Virus record (IMG/VR): IMGVR_UViG_3300043681_000019
Location: 1-42,621 of that record
DNA: 42,621 nucleotides
Strand: one strand, 5' to 3'
Origin: a virus
The notes under the pieces were generated by a model. It worked only from the letters and a program-made list of their open reading frames with translations. It was not told where the DNA came from and did not search any database. The stretch's first letter is position 1; the number at the start of each line of letters is the position of its first letter. The position numbers were made by a program, and so were the translations under genes. This document shows positions 8,487-16,558 of this stretch, one piece after another.

Positions 8487-10259
8487 ATGGGGATTCCAGA
8501 CTTGATCGATCCGCGGATGTTGAGCCAGGTCGGTGGCGTGCCGCCGCCCTTGCAGGACTCGATTACGCCGGTCCCCCTGCCGACGCCGCCCCAGGCCTCA
8601 CCCATGGCTGCGCCGCCGAACGTGCCGCCCGGCATGGGCCTCGATGTGTCGCGCCCCGCGCCGCCGCCGCAACCGGGGTTTGCCCAGATTCTCGTGAGGG
8701 CGATTCCGATGCTGCTCGCGGGCATTGCCGCCAAACGTGGCGGCACACCGGCGGTCAGCGGGCTCCTCGGCGGGTATGCCGACGCGCTCGAAAAGCGACG
8801 ACTGCTCGAAGAGAAACAACACGAATTCGACGTGCAGACGGCGGCGACCGAAGAAGAACGGCAGATGCGTCGGCAGGAATACCAAGCGAATCGCGATGCG
8901 CGGATCGGCAACTACTTCACGGACCTGCTCGGGAAGATCGGATCGATTGATGATCCGGCGCAGTACGCCGCCGTGATTCAGAACGCCGACACGGCCGCGC
9001 AGAAAGCCTTCGGTACGCCGGCCGGCTTCATCTCGAATCAACTCGCGGGCGCGTTCGACAAAACGAAAGCGGTCACCAAGGCGCAGAAAGACGCGCAGGC
9101 GCGGCTCGCGCTCGTCAGGACACAGTTGGGCGAGAACTTCGATGACGCCGTCGCCGCGAATGCGACGATCACTGAGCCAGCCACCGGCAAGAAGCAATCG
9201 CTCCGCGACTTGCAGGCACTCGCGGGCCTCGATGTCACGAGCCCCGAGGGCGAACCCATCGGGACGACGCCGAAGGTCACCGAAACAGAGAGCACGTTCA
9301 TTACGCGGGGCATCAAGGCGGCACAGAAGGCCAAGGGCGGCCCCCTCGACGAAGCGGAGACCAACGCGAAAGTCGCGGAACTCCGGCAGCAGTACGCGCA
9401 GGCGGGCCGGGTTATCGATCCAGAAACGGCGCGGCACAACCGGGCCATGGAAGCCGCGGCCGCACGCGCCGAGGCCGCGAAGAATGCGCCGTCCAAGCCG
9501 ATCGAGGTGGGCACGCCCGATTACAAGGTGGCGCAGGACTTGGCGTTCGGCCGGATGTCGCCCGCGTTCTTCCGGACGCTGGTGGCCTATACACGCGATG
9601 TGGAAAAGAAAGCGGCCATCTACGCGTTGGCGGGGGAGATCAATCCCAATTTCAACCAAGCGGATTTTGAACGCGGGTTCAAGTTCATCAACAACGCGCA
9701 GACGGGGCGACAGTTGTCCTCGCTCGACAATGCGCTGTCGGGCGTGCCCGACTTGCTCGCGGCGTCCGATGCGGCCGATCGGTCCGGCGCGACCGTGCTC
9801 AACAGGTTCACGACGCCGGTCCGGATCGGGATGGGAAATCAGAAGTTCTCCAACCTGAACACGGCGCGGCTGGCGTGGGCGGATGAAGTCTCGGGCGCGC
9901 TCGGGTTCGGCACGGCCTCGGACATGAAACTGCAGTTGGGCTTGGACCTGACGGATGCGAACCTCTCGCCGGCCAACTTTCGAGCGGCGATTCAGAATGT
10001 CGTCGTGCCGTTCCTTGAACGCAAACGCGCGAGTATTTTGAATCAGGCCAGCGTGTACGGCGGCGCCGACAACAATTCGAGTGTCCAGCCGACCGGCGCA
10101 CAAACGGGCACCGGGCGTCAGACCGGGGCGGGTCCGAATACAGGCGGCCCATCGACCGCGGGTCCGAAGGAAGGCGAGACGCAACCGATCACCGATCCGG
10201 GCTATCCCCCGGGCGCGATGAAACAGTTCAAGGGCGGACACTGGGTCCGCATTAAGTAG
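8487..10259 (+). CDS. Putative internal/ejection protein (590 aa)
   Basis: Pro-rich N-terminus, one hydrophobic segment (ILVRAIPMLLAGIAA), then a long helical A/K/E/Q-rich body. Confidence 0.7.
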   Translation: MGIPDLIDPRMLSQVGGVPPPLQDSITPVPLPTPPQASPMAAPPNVPPGMGLDVSRPAPPPQPGFAQILVRAIPMLLAGIAAKRGGTPAVSGLLGGYADALEKRRLLEEKQHEFDVQTAATEEERQMRRQEYQANRDARIGNYFTDLLGKIGSIDDPAQYAAVIQNADTAAQKAFGTPAGFISNQLAGAFDKTKAVTKAQKDAQARLALVRTQLGENFDDAVAANATITEPATGKKQSLRDLQALAGLDVTSPEGEPIGTTPKVTETESTFITRGIKAAQKAKGGPLDEAETNAKVAELRQQYAQAGRVIDPETARHNRAMEAAAARAEAAKNAPSKPIEVGTPDYKVAQDLAFGRMSPAFFRTLVAYTRDVEKKAAIYALAGEINPNFNQADFERGFKFINNAQTGRQLSSLDNALSGVPDLLAASDAADRSGATVLNRFTTPVRIGMGNQKFSNLNTARLAWADEVSGALGFGTASDMKLQLGLDLTDANLSPANFRAAIQNVVVPFLERKRASILNQASVYGGADNNSSVQPTGAQTGTGRQTGAGPNTGGPSTAGPKEGETQPITDPGYPPGAMKQFKGGHWVRIK

Positions 10260-13200
10260 ATGCCGCCCCAGACGCCCATCGTGCCAGTCGGGGGCATCAT
10301 GCCGCCCTCCCCGGCGATTGTCCCAATCGGCGGGACGATGCCCGAGACGGCGGTCGACACCGGTCCCCACATCGGCCCCGAGCCCCCCTGGTGGCGACGC
10401 GCTGCCGAAGCCGTGACGCGCGGCAGCGCGAACACGCTCGCCCACCAGATCGATGCCGCCACGACGTTCGCGAAGGACATCGGCGGGTTTGCGGAAAGCA
10501 CCGCCCGAATGGCGGTCAATCCCGCCACGGCCGCCGCCGAGATGACCGATGCCGAGGTGAATCGACTGTTCAATCTGGGGGTCCAAGGGCCACCTCCGGG
10601 CCAGAACCGGAGTGCACTCGAGTGGGTGCCTCTCGTCGGGCCCGTGGCCGCCGATACGGCGAATGCGATCCGCGAGGGTCGCCCGGGTCGCGCCGTCGGG
10701 CATGTGGCCGCCGTGGTCGCGCCGATGGCCGCCGAAGCCGGCCTCACTCGCGGCGTCGCGGCCTATCGTGCCGGAGCCCCCGCCCGCGCCGCCAGCGCGC
10801 GAGCGGGCCAAGTCGCGGACTTCGTCAAGAAGTACAAGCAAGCCCATCCGCCAAGCCCGGGCCATGCCTATACCGATGCGGAGCTGACGGCCACGATGCC
10901 GGCGCTCGCGGACGAGCATCGCGCCGCGACCATCACGACCACGCCGGACACGATTGCCGCGCAAACCCAAGCCGTCGGCAAAATCGAGGAGAACGTGCGA
11001 GGTCTCGTCGATGCGTTTCCGAACGAGACCGTGCAAGTGTCGATGCCGGACATCGAGCACGCCTTGGACACGGGCGCTCCAGGGCCGCGCACGCCCGGGA
11101 GCCGGGGCATGGGCACGCGCAGCACGGATGTCGCGACGGGCCTGAAGGCGATCGAGACGCTCGGCCTCGACCAACCGATGTCCTTGTCCGAACTCTACGA
11201 TCGCGTGTTGCGCCTCAATGCCGAACTGGCGAAAGAACTCGCCCAGAGCAAATACGATGTCGCGAAAATGCGGACGGCCGATCCGGAGTTCCGCGCGCTG
11301 GAACTGGCCGCCGATCATGCGAGGAATCTCGTCTGGGACCGCCTCGACCAGTTGGGCGTCAAGGGCGTGCGCCAGTTGCGGGAGATCGAAGCCGCGTTGA
11401 TTAAGACCCGCGGGGCGGCGCTCCGACACGAGTTTGCTGGCGAGACGATGGTGCGCCAACCCGGCGGGGATAGCGTCGGCCGGAGGATTGTGGCCCGGAT
11501 GCTGAAAACCGCAGGGTTGGGCACGGGCGCGCTCGTCGGCGGGGCCGTGGCCGGCGGGCCGGGTGCCGTCGGGGGCGCGGCGGTCGGCGGCGAACTCGGA
11601 GAAGTCGCCGCGGGGGCCGTGCGTGGCGCGCAGCCGCGGAACGTCATCGTCGAGCGCGCCATGCGGAATCTCGACGACATCCCGGGTATGCAGTTCCCCT
11701 CGTTGCCCGCCACGTCGTCGACCACACCGGGCGGGGCCGTGCCTGGCGGACCTGGCGGACCCGCCGCCGGCGGCCCTCCGGGCACGGGCGTCGGGCCAGC
11801 CTTCTGGCGCCCTGGGCCGAAACCCACCGTGACGATTCTGCCGCCCGACCAGTTGCCGTCGGGCACGGCACCTCTCGGCCTGCCGCCCGCGCGGCCACGT
11901 CAGTTGGGGCCCGCCGTGCGCCCGATGCCGTCTGGGGCGGAAGCGCCCGACTACCAAGCGCCGCCGATTCCACCGCAGCCACTTCCGAGGACGTGGGCGG
12001 AAGTCAAAGCCTTGCACGGCATCGATCCAGAGACCACGGCGACGCCTCAACTCCTGCTGGGCCCGGCCGTGCGCGAAATGCCTGCCGCCCCAACAGGCCA
12101 GGACTACCGCGCCCCACGGATCGCGCCGCAACCGCTCCCGACGACGTGGGAGGAAACCGGACGCTTTCACGGCGGCGATCCTGACTTGCGCGGTACGGAC
12201 CAGCGCCCGGACTACATCCGCGAAATTCTGAGCTTGCCGCCCGAGGAACAAGCCCTCGCGATTGCGGAACTCGAGCGCGGCACGCCACCGCCAGAGCCGC
12301 CCGCCGGGGCCCCACCCCCGTCGTCAGGCCCTCCACCGGCCCCGCAAGGCCCAGTGGGGCCGCTACCAGCGCCCGTCGTCGCCGAGCCGCCGACACTGCC
12401 CGCGCCAGCGGAAGCACCGCCCCCGCCGCCAGCCAGCACCGTGGCTCCGCTGCTGCCGCCCGAAAAGATACCGAGCACGAGCGGGGATCTGGTTGCCCAA
12501 GTGCAATCGAGTTTGATGAACAACGGATCGTCCGATCGTGGGATGGACTACTGGCGGCAACAGTTTGCCCAAGCCACGCCGGAGGCGTTGCAGGCGACCG
12601 CGACCTACCTGCAAGGGCCGACGGCCTCGTCCTGGCTCAAGCGATTCATGTTGCCAGAGGTGATGCAAGTTTTACGGGACCGCCGGGCTCAACCGTCCTT
12701 GCCCGGCGCCGAAGACGTGCGCGGCCAGGAAGTCACGCAGCCGACCCTTGACATCCCCGAGCAATCGTTCAATCTCTCGAGCCCTGATGAAACGCAGCCG
12801 AGCCAACCGATGCTCGGCGACGAGCCGCCGCCCGCGCCCGGGGCGCGGCAGATTGCCGCGAACGTGTCGGAAGTCGATCCGCGCAGCATCAAAGTCGATC
12901 CCGATCGGTTTCAATTCAAGAGCAATTTCGACCGCGTCGGCGTCGTGCCCGAATCGCGCATCAAAGGCAAGTGGAACGAGAACCTGTCTGGGATACTGCT
13001 CACGTGGATCGATCCGGTGGATGGCCAACGGTACGTCATCAACGGCCACAACCGGCTCGAGGCCGCCGTCAGCAAGAACGTGCCGCGCGTCATCATCCGC
13101 GACGTGGTTGCCACCGATGCCGCCGAGGCCCGCGCGTACGGCGCAATGGCCAACATCGCCGAAAACAACGGCTCTCCAGTCGATGCCGCCAAGGTCTTGC

Positions 13201-13898
13201 GCCACGCCACGGACCCAGTGGCGAAACTGAAAGAACTCGGCATCGACACCACGAAGCGCCTCGCTCGCGATGGCTTGGCGCTGGCGCACCTGTCCGATCC
13301 CCTGTTTCAACGGGTCGCGACCGGCGATCTCAACGAAGCCCTCGGGATCACGATCGGCGGGGCGGACCTCTCGCCGGAAAATCAGATGGCCGTCGTCCAG
13401 CTCGTGGAGCGGCAAGCGAAGAAGGGGAAGAAACTCACCCCCGAGGTCGTGGCCCATCTCATCGAAGACGTGCGGGATTCGCCCACGGTGGCCCATGCGT
13501 CGGAGCAGGGTAATATGTTCGCGGACTTGCTCGGAGAAGATCGGTCACAATCAGTGGCGATTGAACGGGCGCAAATTCGCGATTGGTTACAGACGACGCT
13601 CGAGAAAGACAAGCGGTTGTTCAAGTACGTCCAGCAGGGCGATCGCGCCGCCCGGCTCGCGGCGGAAGGCAACGTGATCAACGCCCAGGCGAATGTGGCG
13701 AAGGCGCAGGAATCGGCGACGATTGCGGAACTCGTGAAGAAACTCGCGAATGCGAAAGGCCCCATCAATGACGCCATCACGACGGCCGCCGTCCGCACTG
13801 CGAACGGGGAAGACATCAGCGCCATCCGCGCCAAGCTCCTCGAACAAGTCAAGCGCGCCCTCGAATTTGAACTCGGCGGTGGGGCGGGCCCTCAATAG
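10260..13898 (+). CDS. Giant multidomain virion protein (1212 aa) with a C-terminal ParB/Srx-like domain
   Basis: Stop-start abutment at 10257-10262 (TAGATG). ParB-N-like block at about 12860-13210: VDPRSIKVDPDRFQFK ... YVINGHNRLEAAVSKNVPRVIIRDV ... AMANIAENNGSPVDAAKVL. Also a Gly-rich hydrophobic stretch and a roughly 260-aa Pro-rich linker. Confidence 0.8.
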   Translation: MPPQTPIVPVGGIMPPSPAIVPIGGTMPETAVDTGPHIGPEPPWWRRAAEAVTRGSANTLAHQIDAATTFAKDIGGFAESTARMAVNPATAAAEMTDAEVNRLFNLGVQGPPPGQNRSALEWVPLVGPVAADTANAIREGRPGRAVGHVAAVVAPMAAEAGLTRGVAAYRAGAPARAASARAGQVADFVKKYKQAHPPSPGHAYTDAELTATMPALADEHRAATITTTPDTIAAQTQAVGKIEENVRGLVDAFPNETVQVSMPDIEHALDTGAPGPRTPGSRGMGTRSTDVATGLKAIETLGLDQPMSLSELYDRVLRLNAELAKELAQSKYDVAKMRTADPEFRALELAADHARNLVWDRLDQLGVKGVRQLREIEAALIKTRGAALRHEFAGETMVRQPGGDSVGRRIVARMLKTAGLGTGALVGGAVAGGPGAVGGAAVGGELGEVAAGAVRGAQPRNVIVERAMRNLDDIPGMQFPSLPATSSTTPGGAVPGGPGGPAAGGPPGTGVGPAFWRPGPKPTVTILPPDQLPSGTAPLGLPPARPRQLGPAVRPMPSGAEAPDYQAPPIPPQPLPRTWAEVKALHGIDPETTATPQLLLGPAVREMPAAPTGQDYRAPRIAPQPLPTTWEETGRFHGGDPDLRGTDQRPDYIREILSLPPEEQALAIAELERGTPPPEPPAGAPPPSSGPPPAPQGPVGPLPAPVVAEPPTLPAPAEAPPPPPASTVAPLLPPEKIPSTSGDLVAQVQSSLMNNGSSDRGMDYWRQQFAQATPEALQATATYLQGPTASSWLKRFMLPEVMQVLRDRRAQPSLPGAEDVRGQEVTQPTLDIPEQSFNLSSPDETQPSQPMLGDEPPPAPGARQIAANVSEVDPRSIKVDPDRFQFKSNFDRVGVVPESRIKGKWNENLSGILLTWIDPVDGQRYVINGHNRLEAAVSKNVPRVIIRDVVATDAAEARAYGAMANIAENNGSPVDAAKVLRHATDPVAKLKELGIDTTKRLARDGLALAHLSDPLFQRVATGDLNEALGITIGGADLSPENQMAVVQLVERQAKKGKKLTPEVVAHLIEDVRDSPTVAHASEQGNMFADLLGEDRSQSVAIERAQIRDWLQTTLEKDKRLFKYVQQGDRAARLAAEGNVINAQANVAKAQESATIAELVKKLANAKGPINDAITTAAVRTANGEDISAIRAKLLEQVKRALEFELGGGAGPQ

Positions 13899-14050
13899 CC
13901 CGCAGTTTGCCGAACGCTTTCGGGCGCTGGTCCGCGAGGGCGCGATCCGTCCGAGTCAGGACTAGGAGCCCTCGTGCTGCGCGCGTTTGCCCTGATTTGA
14001 GCGCCGCGCGAGGGGCGAAAGTGCCAGCCGTACGGTCCGAAAATCGTCCC

Positions 14051-14080
14051 AGTTGCCCAACAGTTGCCAAGGCAAAAAAG
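14051..14080. repeat. GTTGCC(C/A)A repeats left of the att core (candidate arm-type integrase sites)
   Basis: aGTTGCCCAAcaGTTGCCAAGGCAA, including the inverted TTGCC-AA-GGCAA. The same heptamer recurs on the other side of the core. Confidence 0.4.
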
Positions 14081-14111
14081 TTCAAAAATGCTAGGAAATT
14101 TGCAATACCAA

Positions 14112-14158
14112 TCGGGCTTTTAACCAGAGGGTCGGTGGTTCAATCCCACCGCGGCCCA
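14112..14158 (+). other. attP core: 3' 47 nt of a tRNA-Lys(UUU)-like gene
   Basis: TCGGG-CTTTTAA-CCAGA (anticodon arm, one mismatch), GGGTC variable loop, GGTGG-TTCAATC-CCACC T arm, GCGGCCC acceptor 3' strand, then A. No matching 5' acceptor strand or D arm lies upstream. It is 130 bp from the integrase gene. Confidence 0.7.
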
Positions 14159-14214
14159 TACCTTTAGAATCAATCACTTACAGAACATCTTGCAGGCCGA
14201 ACGAGGCGGAAATC

Positions 14215-14285
14215 ATTGCCAGCCACGTTGCCAAACGGCCCCAAATCGCCCCGCGCCAGCCCGTGGAACGTTGCCATGGCAACGT
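14215..14285. repeat. GTTGCCA repeats right of the att core, including an 18-bp perfect palindrome
   Basis: ATTGCCA (14215), GTTGCCA (14228) and ACGTTGCCATGGCAACGT (14268-14285), the last immediately after the int stop codon. Confidence 0.45.
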
Positions 14286-14289
14286 GGTC

Positions 14290-15459
14290 TCATCGTGGTT
14301 TCTTGACCAATCTGGCCTGCCGCTCGTCGGGTATCCACGTGAGCCGCGCGTGAGGCGAGGGAAGCTGCGGATCGAACAATTTGGGCTTGAGCGCCTGGGC
14401 CAAGAGGTCCCGCGCCGCGGTCATCCGTGCGTCCATCGTTCCTTCGGTGTACCGATCGATAGAGTTCGTCCGCAGCATCTCCCGCAACGTCCGATCATCC
14501 TTCATCAATTTCGCCGCCCAGGTCCCGAAGGTATGTCGCAGGGTGTACGGATGGACATGGGGCAAGGCCGGGAGGCCCCGTCGGACCCGTCGCGCTTGTT
14601 CTTGCGCGAGCGCCGCGGCAAAGGACTTGTGCATCGAACTGGTCGAGAAGCGACCTTCGGCCCCGAGCCTGAAGAATTGCCGGAGCGCAATCAAGGCCCG
14701 CGGTACGACCGGGACCATTTTCTCGGGCATCCCCTTGCCCTTTTTGCGCCGATGGGCGCGCACGGTGCCGTGACGCCAATCGACATCCTCATACGTGATT
14801 TCCATGACGAGCTGCGCGGGCCAGCCTGTCCATTGCAAGACGCGCAGACGCGCCCGTGTTTTAGACCGCGGGACCGTATGCCGAATAATCCACGCCATGA
14901 CCTCAATCGGCTGCGCGCGGATCTGCACGTTATCGCGCTCGTCGTAGGTCGGCACGTCCTTGACGATATTCACCGCGGACTTGCCGTCCAGCATCGTGTA
15001 CAGCGCCATTAATGCCGTCCGGCGTCGATTCAGTGAACTATTCGCCAAGCCGCCCGCGCCATCGGCGCGTCCCTGTCGACGCCAATGCTCGAGTTGCTCG
15101 CGGAGATCGCGCGACGTGAGACTCTTTCGCGTGCGATGGCCGAGCCGTTCCGCCCATTGACCAATGTGGTACGCCTGATCCTGAAAGCTCGCCATCGCTC
15201 GAATGAGATCGAGATACGCGGCGGCATCCTCGGCGAGCGTGGCCCCGGCCGCCGGCCGTTGGGCGACGGGGGCGGCCTTCGCCTTGGCAATCAACGCCGC
15301 ACGGTACTGCGGCAGCTTCGCGAGCGGCGTATCGAGCGGGTACCGCTTCGAGACGAAGCGGCCTTTGACGCAGGCAAAGACTTGCCAACTTGTCGCCTCG
15401 CGACGAATCCCTGCGCCGAGTTCAGTTTTGGTGGCGCGGGCTTTCTCATCCATGTTCAC
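14290..15459 (-). CDS. int: Tyrosine integrase (389 aa)
   Basis: RLRVLQWTGW (Arg box), HPYTLRHTF (HxxR) and a C-terminal RYTEG tyrosine. Adjacent to the tRNA-fragment attP. Confidence 0.9.
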   Translation of the reverse strand: MNMDEKARATKTELGAGIRREATSWQVFACVKGRFVSKRYPLDTPLAKLPQYRAALIAKAKAAPVAQRPAAGATLAEDAAAYLDLIRAMASFQDQAYHIGQWAERLGHRTRKSLTSRDLREQLEHWRRQGRADGAGGLANSSLNRRRTALMALYTMLDGKSAVNIVKDVPTYDERDNVQIRAQPIEVMAWIIRHTVPRSKTRARLRVLQWTGWPAQLVMEITYEDVDWRHGTVRAHRRKKGKGMPEKMVPVVPRALIALRQFFRLGAEGRFSTSSMHKSFAAALAQEQARRVRRGLPALPHVHPYTLRHTFGTWAAKLMKDDRTLREMLRTNSIDRYTEGTMDARMTAARDLLAQALKPKLFDPQLPSPHARLTWIPDERQARLVKKPR

Positions 15460-15683
15460 GACACGTGCCGCTCGAACACGGCGATGATCGTTTCGTTCAG
15501 TTCGTCTGGCGAGGTCATCAGCCGGTGCAGTTGAAATTGCAGGAGCCGGTAGCCACGGGCGTCGTTGACGTTGATGGCCTGCTCGAAGAGTTCCGCGATG
15601 ACGAACGGGCCGTACTGCTCATTGGCAATCCAGTTCTTGGAAATCTCGGCGACGATGAAGCGTTCCGTCGGGACACGGCTCAT
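15456..15683 (-). CDS. Hypothetical protein (75 aa) coupled between xis and int
   Basis: ATGA overlaps at both ends (15456-15459 and 15680-15683). Normal, lower-GC composition. The internal ATG of track ORF 15456..15734 was used as the start. Confidence 0.6.
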   Translation of the reverse strand: MSRVPTERFIVAEISKNWIANEQYGPFVIAELFEQAINVNDARGYRLLQFQLHRLMTSPDELNETIIAVFERHVS

Positions 15684-15895
15684 CGCGGCGGTCCCTCCGT
15701 GTTGGTCGACGCCTCGAGCCACGCATCGATCCACTCGCGACGGAAGCGGAGATCAGCGCGGCGATCTCCCACCCGGGCCGCCCCGAGCCGGTGCAGTTGC
15801 ACTTCGAGATACAGGCCCTTGACCCCGACTTGGGCGTAGGCCGCCGCTTGCGCGATCGTCAGCCACGGAGAGACGATCGTGGCCTTCGCATCCAC
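15680..15895 (-). CDS. xis: Excisionase-family HTH protein (71 aa from GTG 15895; alternative ATG at 15979 gives 100 aa)
   Basis: SPWLTIAQAAAYAQVGVKGLYLEVQ..LGAARVGDRRADLRFRREWIDAWLEA fits the MerR/excisionase (HTH_17) pattern. Located upstream of int. Confidence 0.6.
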   Translation of the reverse strand: MDAKATIVSPWLTIAQAAAYAQVGVKGLYLEVQLHRLGAARVGDRRADLRFRREWIDAWLEASTNTEGPPR

Positions 15896-15909
15896 GCTCT
15901 CATGGTGCT

Positions 15910-15970
15910 GGGGGGGAGTAGGGGGGGGGGGGGGGTAAAAAATCGCCACACCTTCATCCCCTTTTTTTTT
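15910..15970. repeat. Homopolymer cluster: G7 (15910-15916), G15 (15921-15935), A6 (15937-15942), T9 (15962-15970)
   Basis: Read directly from the sequence. The cluster lies at the repressor 3' end and in the repressor-xis junction. Confidence 0.95.
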
Positions 15971-16466
15971 CGCGCGCATGGAAAATATCCAAAAGAGACG
16001 GCTCAGGGTGTCCAGTCGCGCGCCATTCTCCCCATTCTGGGAAGGCCCGACCGAAGGCGGTCTGGAGCTGTTCGTCCGTCGCACCAAGTGCGAGGGCATG
16101 GCGGGTCGTGCTGGTAAGGAGCCGCAAGGCCCCGGGTCGCGCTTGGAGAAGGCTAGCCGTAGTTGCACCATCAGGCACTTCCTCACGTCGCCAGGTACTG
16201 ACCTCTGACGGCACCGCGGTGTTCACCACGGATTTCTTCGCGCCGTCCTCCAACGGCGTGAACACCTCGGGCACGCTCAAACCAAGGAATTTCGCAATCG
16301 CGTCGATGTACTCCCAGCTCGGAATGTTGGTGCCGTTGGCCCAGTTCGTGACGACGTTCGGCTTGACCCGCACCGCCCGCGCCAAGGCGGCTAATCCCCC
16401 CCGCCGCAATTTCAGGGCCTCAAGCCGCTGGATGAGCGGCCGGACCGCGTTTTTCTTTTTATCCAT
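15954..16466 (-). CDS. CI-like XRE-family repressor (170 aa from ATG 16466; the track ORF starts at TTG 16508)
   Basis: LIQRLEALKLRRGGLAALARAVRVKPNVVTNWANGTNIPSWEYIDAIAKFLGLSVPEVF is a classic HTH_XRE. Divergent from a Cro-like gene. No LexA/S24-type motif is visible in the C-terminal half. Confidence 0.8.
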   Translation of the reverse strand: MDKKKNAVRPLIQRLEALKLRRGGLAALARAVRVKPNVVTNWANGTNIPSWEYIDAIAKFLGLSVPEVFTPLEDGAKKSVVNTAVPSEVSTWRREEVPDGATTASLLQARPGALRLLTSTTRHALALGATDEQLQTAFGRAFPEWGEWRATGHPEPSLLDIFHAREKKRG

Positions 16467-16523
16467 CAAGGCGTGCCAATACTTCCTATCACGAAAATAA
16501 TTCCTCAAACGAGAAGTTTAGTA

Positions 16524-16552
16524 TTGACAGCTATTTCTCTAGTCGCTACTAT
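16524..16552 (+). promoter_or_regulatory. Consensus sigma70-type promoter TTGACA-17-TACTAT for the early (Cro) operon
   Basis: TTGACA at 16524-16529, 17-nt spacer, TACTAT at 16547-16552, then 6 nt and the GTG start at 16559. Sits in an AT-rich intergenic region. Confidence 0.6.
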
Positions 16553-16558
16553 TCGCGT

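Noticed and set aside
8598-12251. 1217-aa minus-strand ORF, the longest in the track
   Set aside because: It is antisense to two well-formed plus-strand genes. The product is dominated by Arg/Gly/Pro/Ala and has no motifs. This is typical of shadow ORFs in GC-rich DNA, where stop codons are rare off-frame.
14112-14158. Possibility that this is a complete tRNA gene
   Set aside because: No GGGCCGC 5' acceptor strand or D arm exists in the 80 nt upstream, and the sequence ends in TACC rather than CCA. It is a 3' fragment, as expected for attP.
13907-14167. 86-aa plus-strand ORF across the att region
   Set aside because: It runs through the tRNA fragment and the AT-rich attP arm. It is Arg-rich and has no coupling to neighbouring genes.
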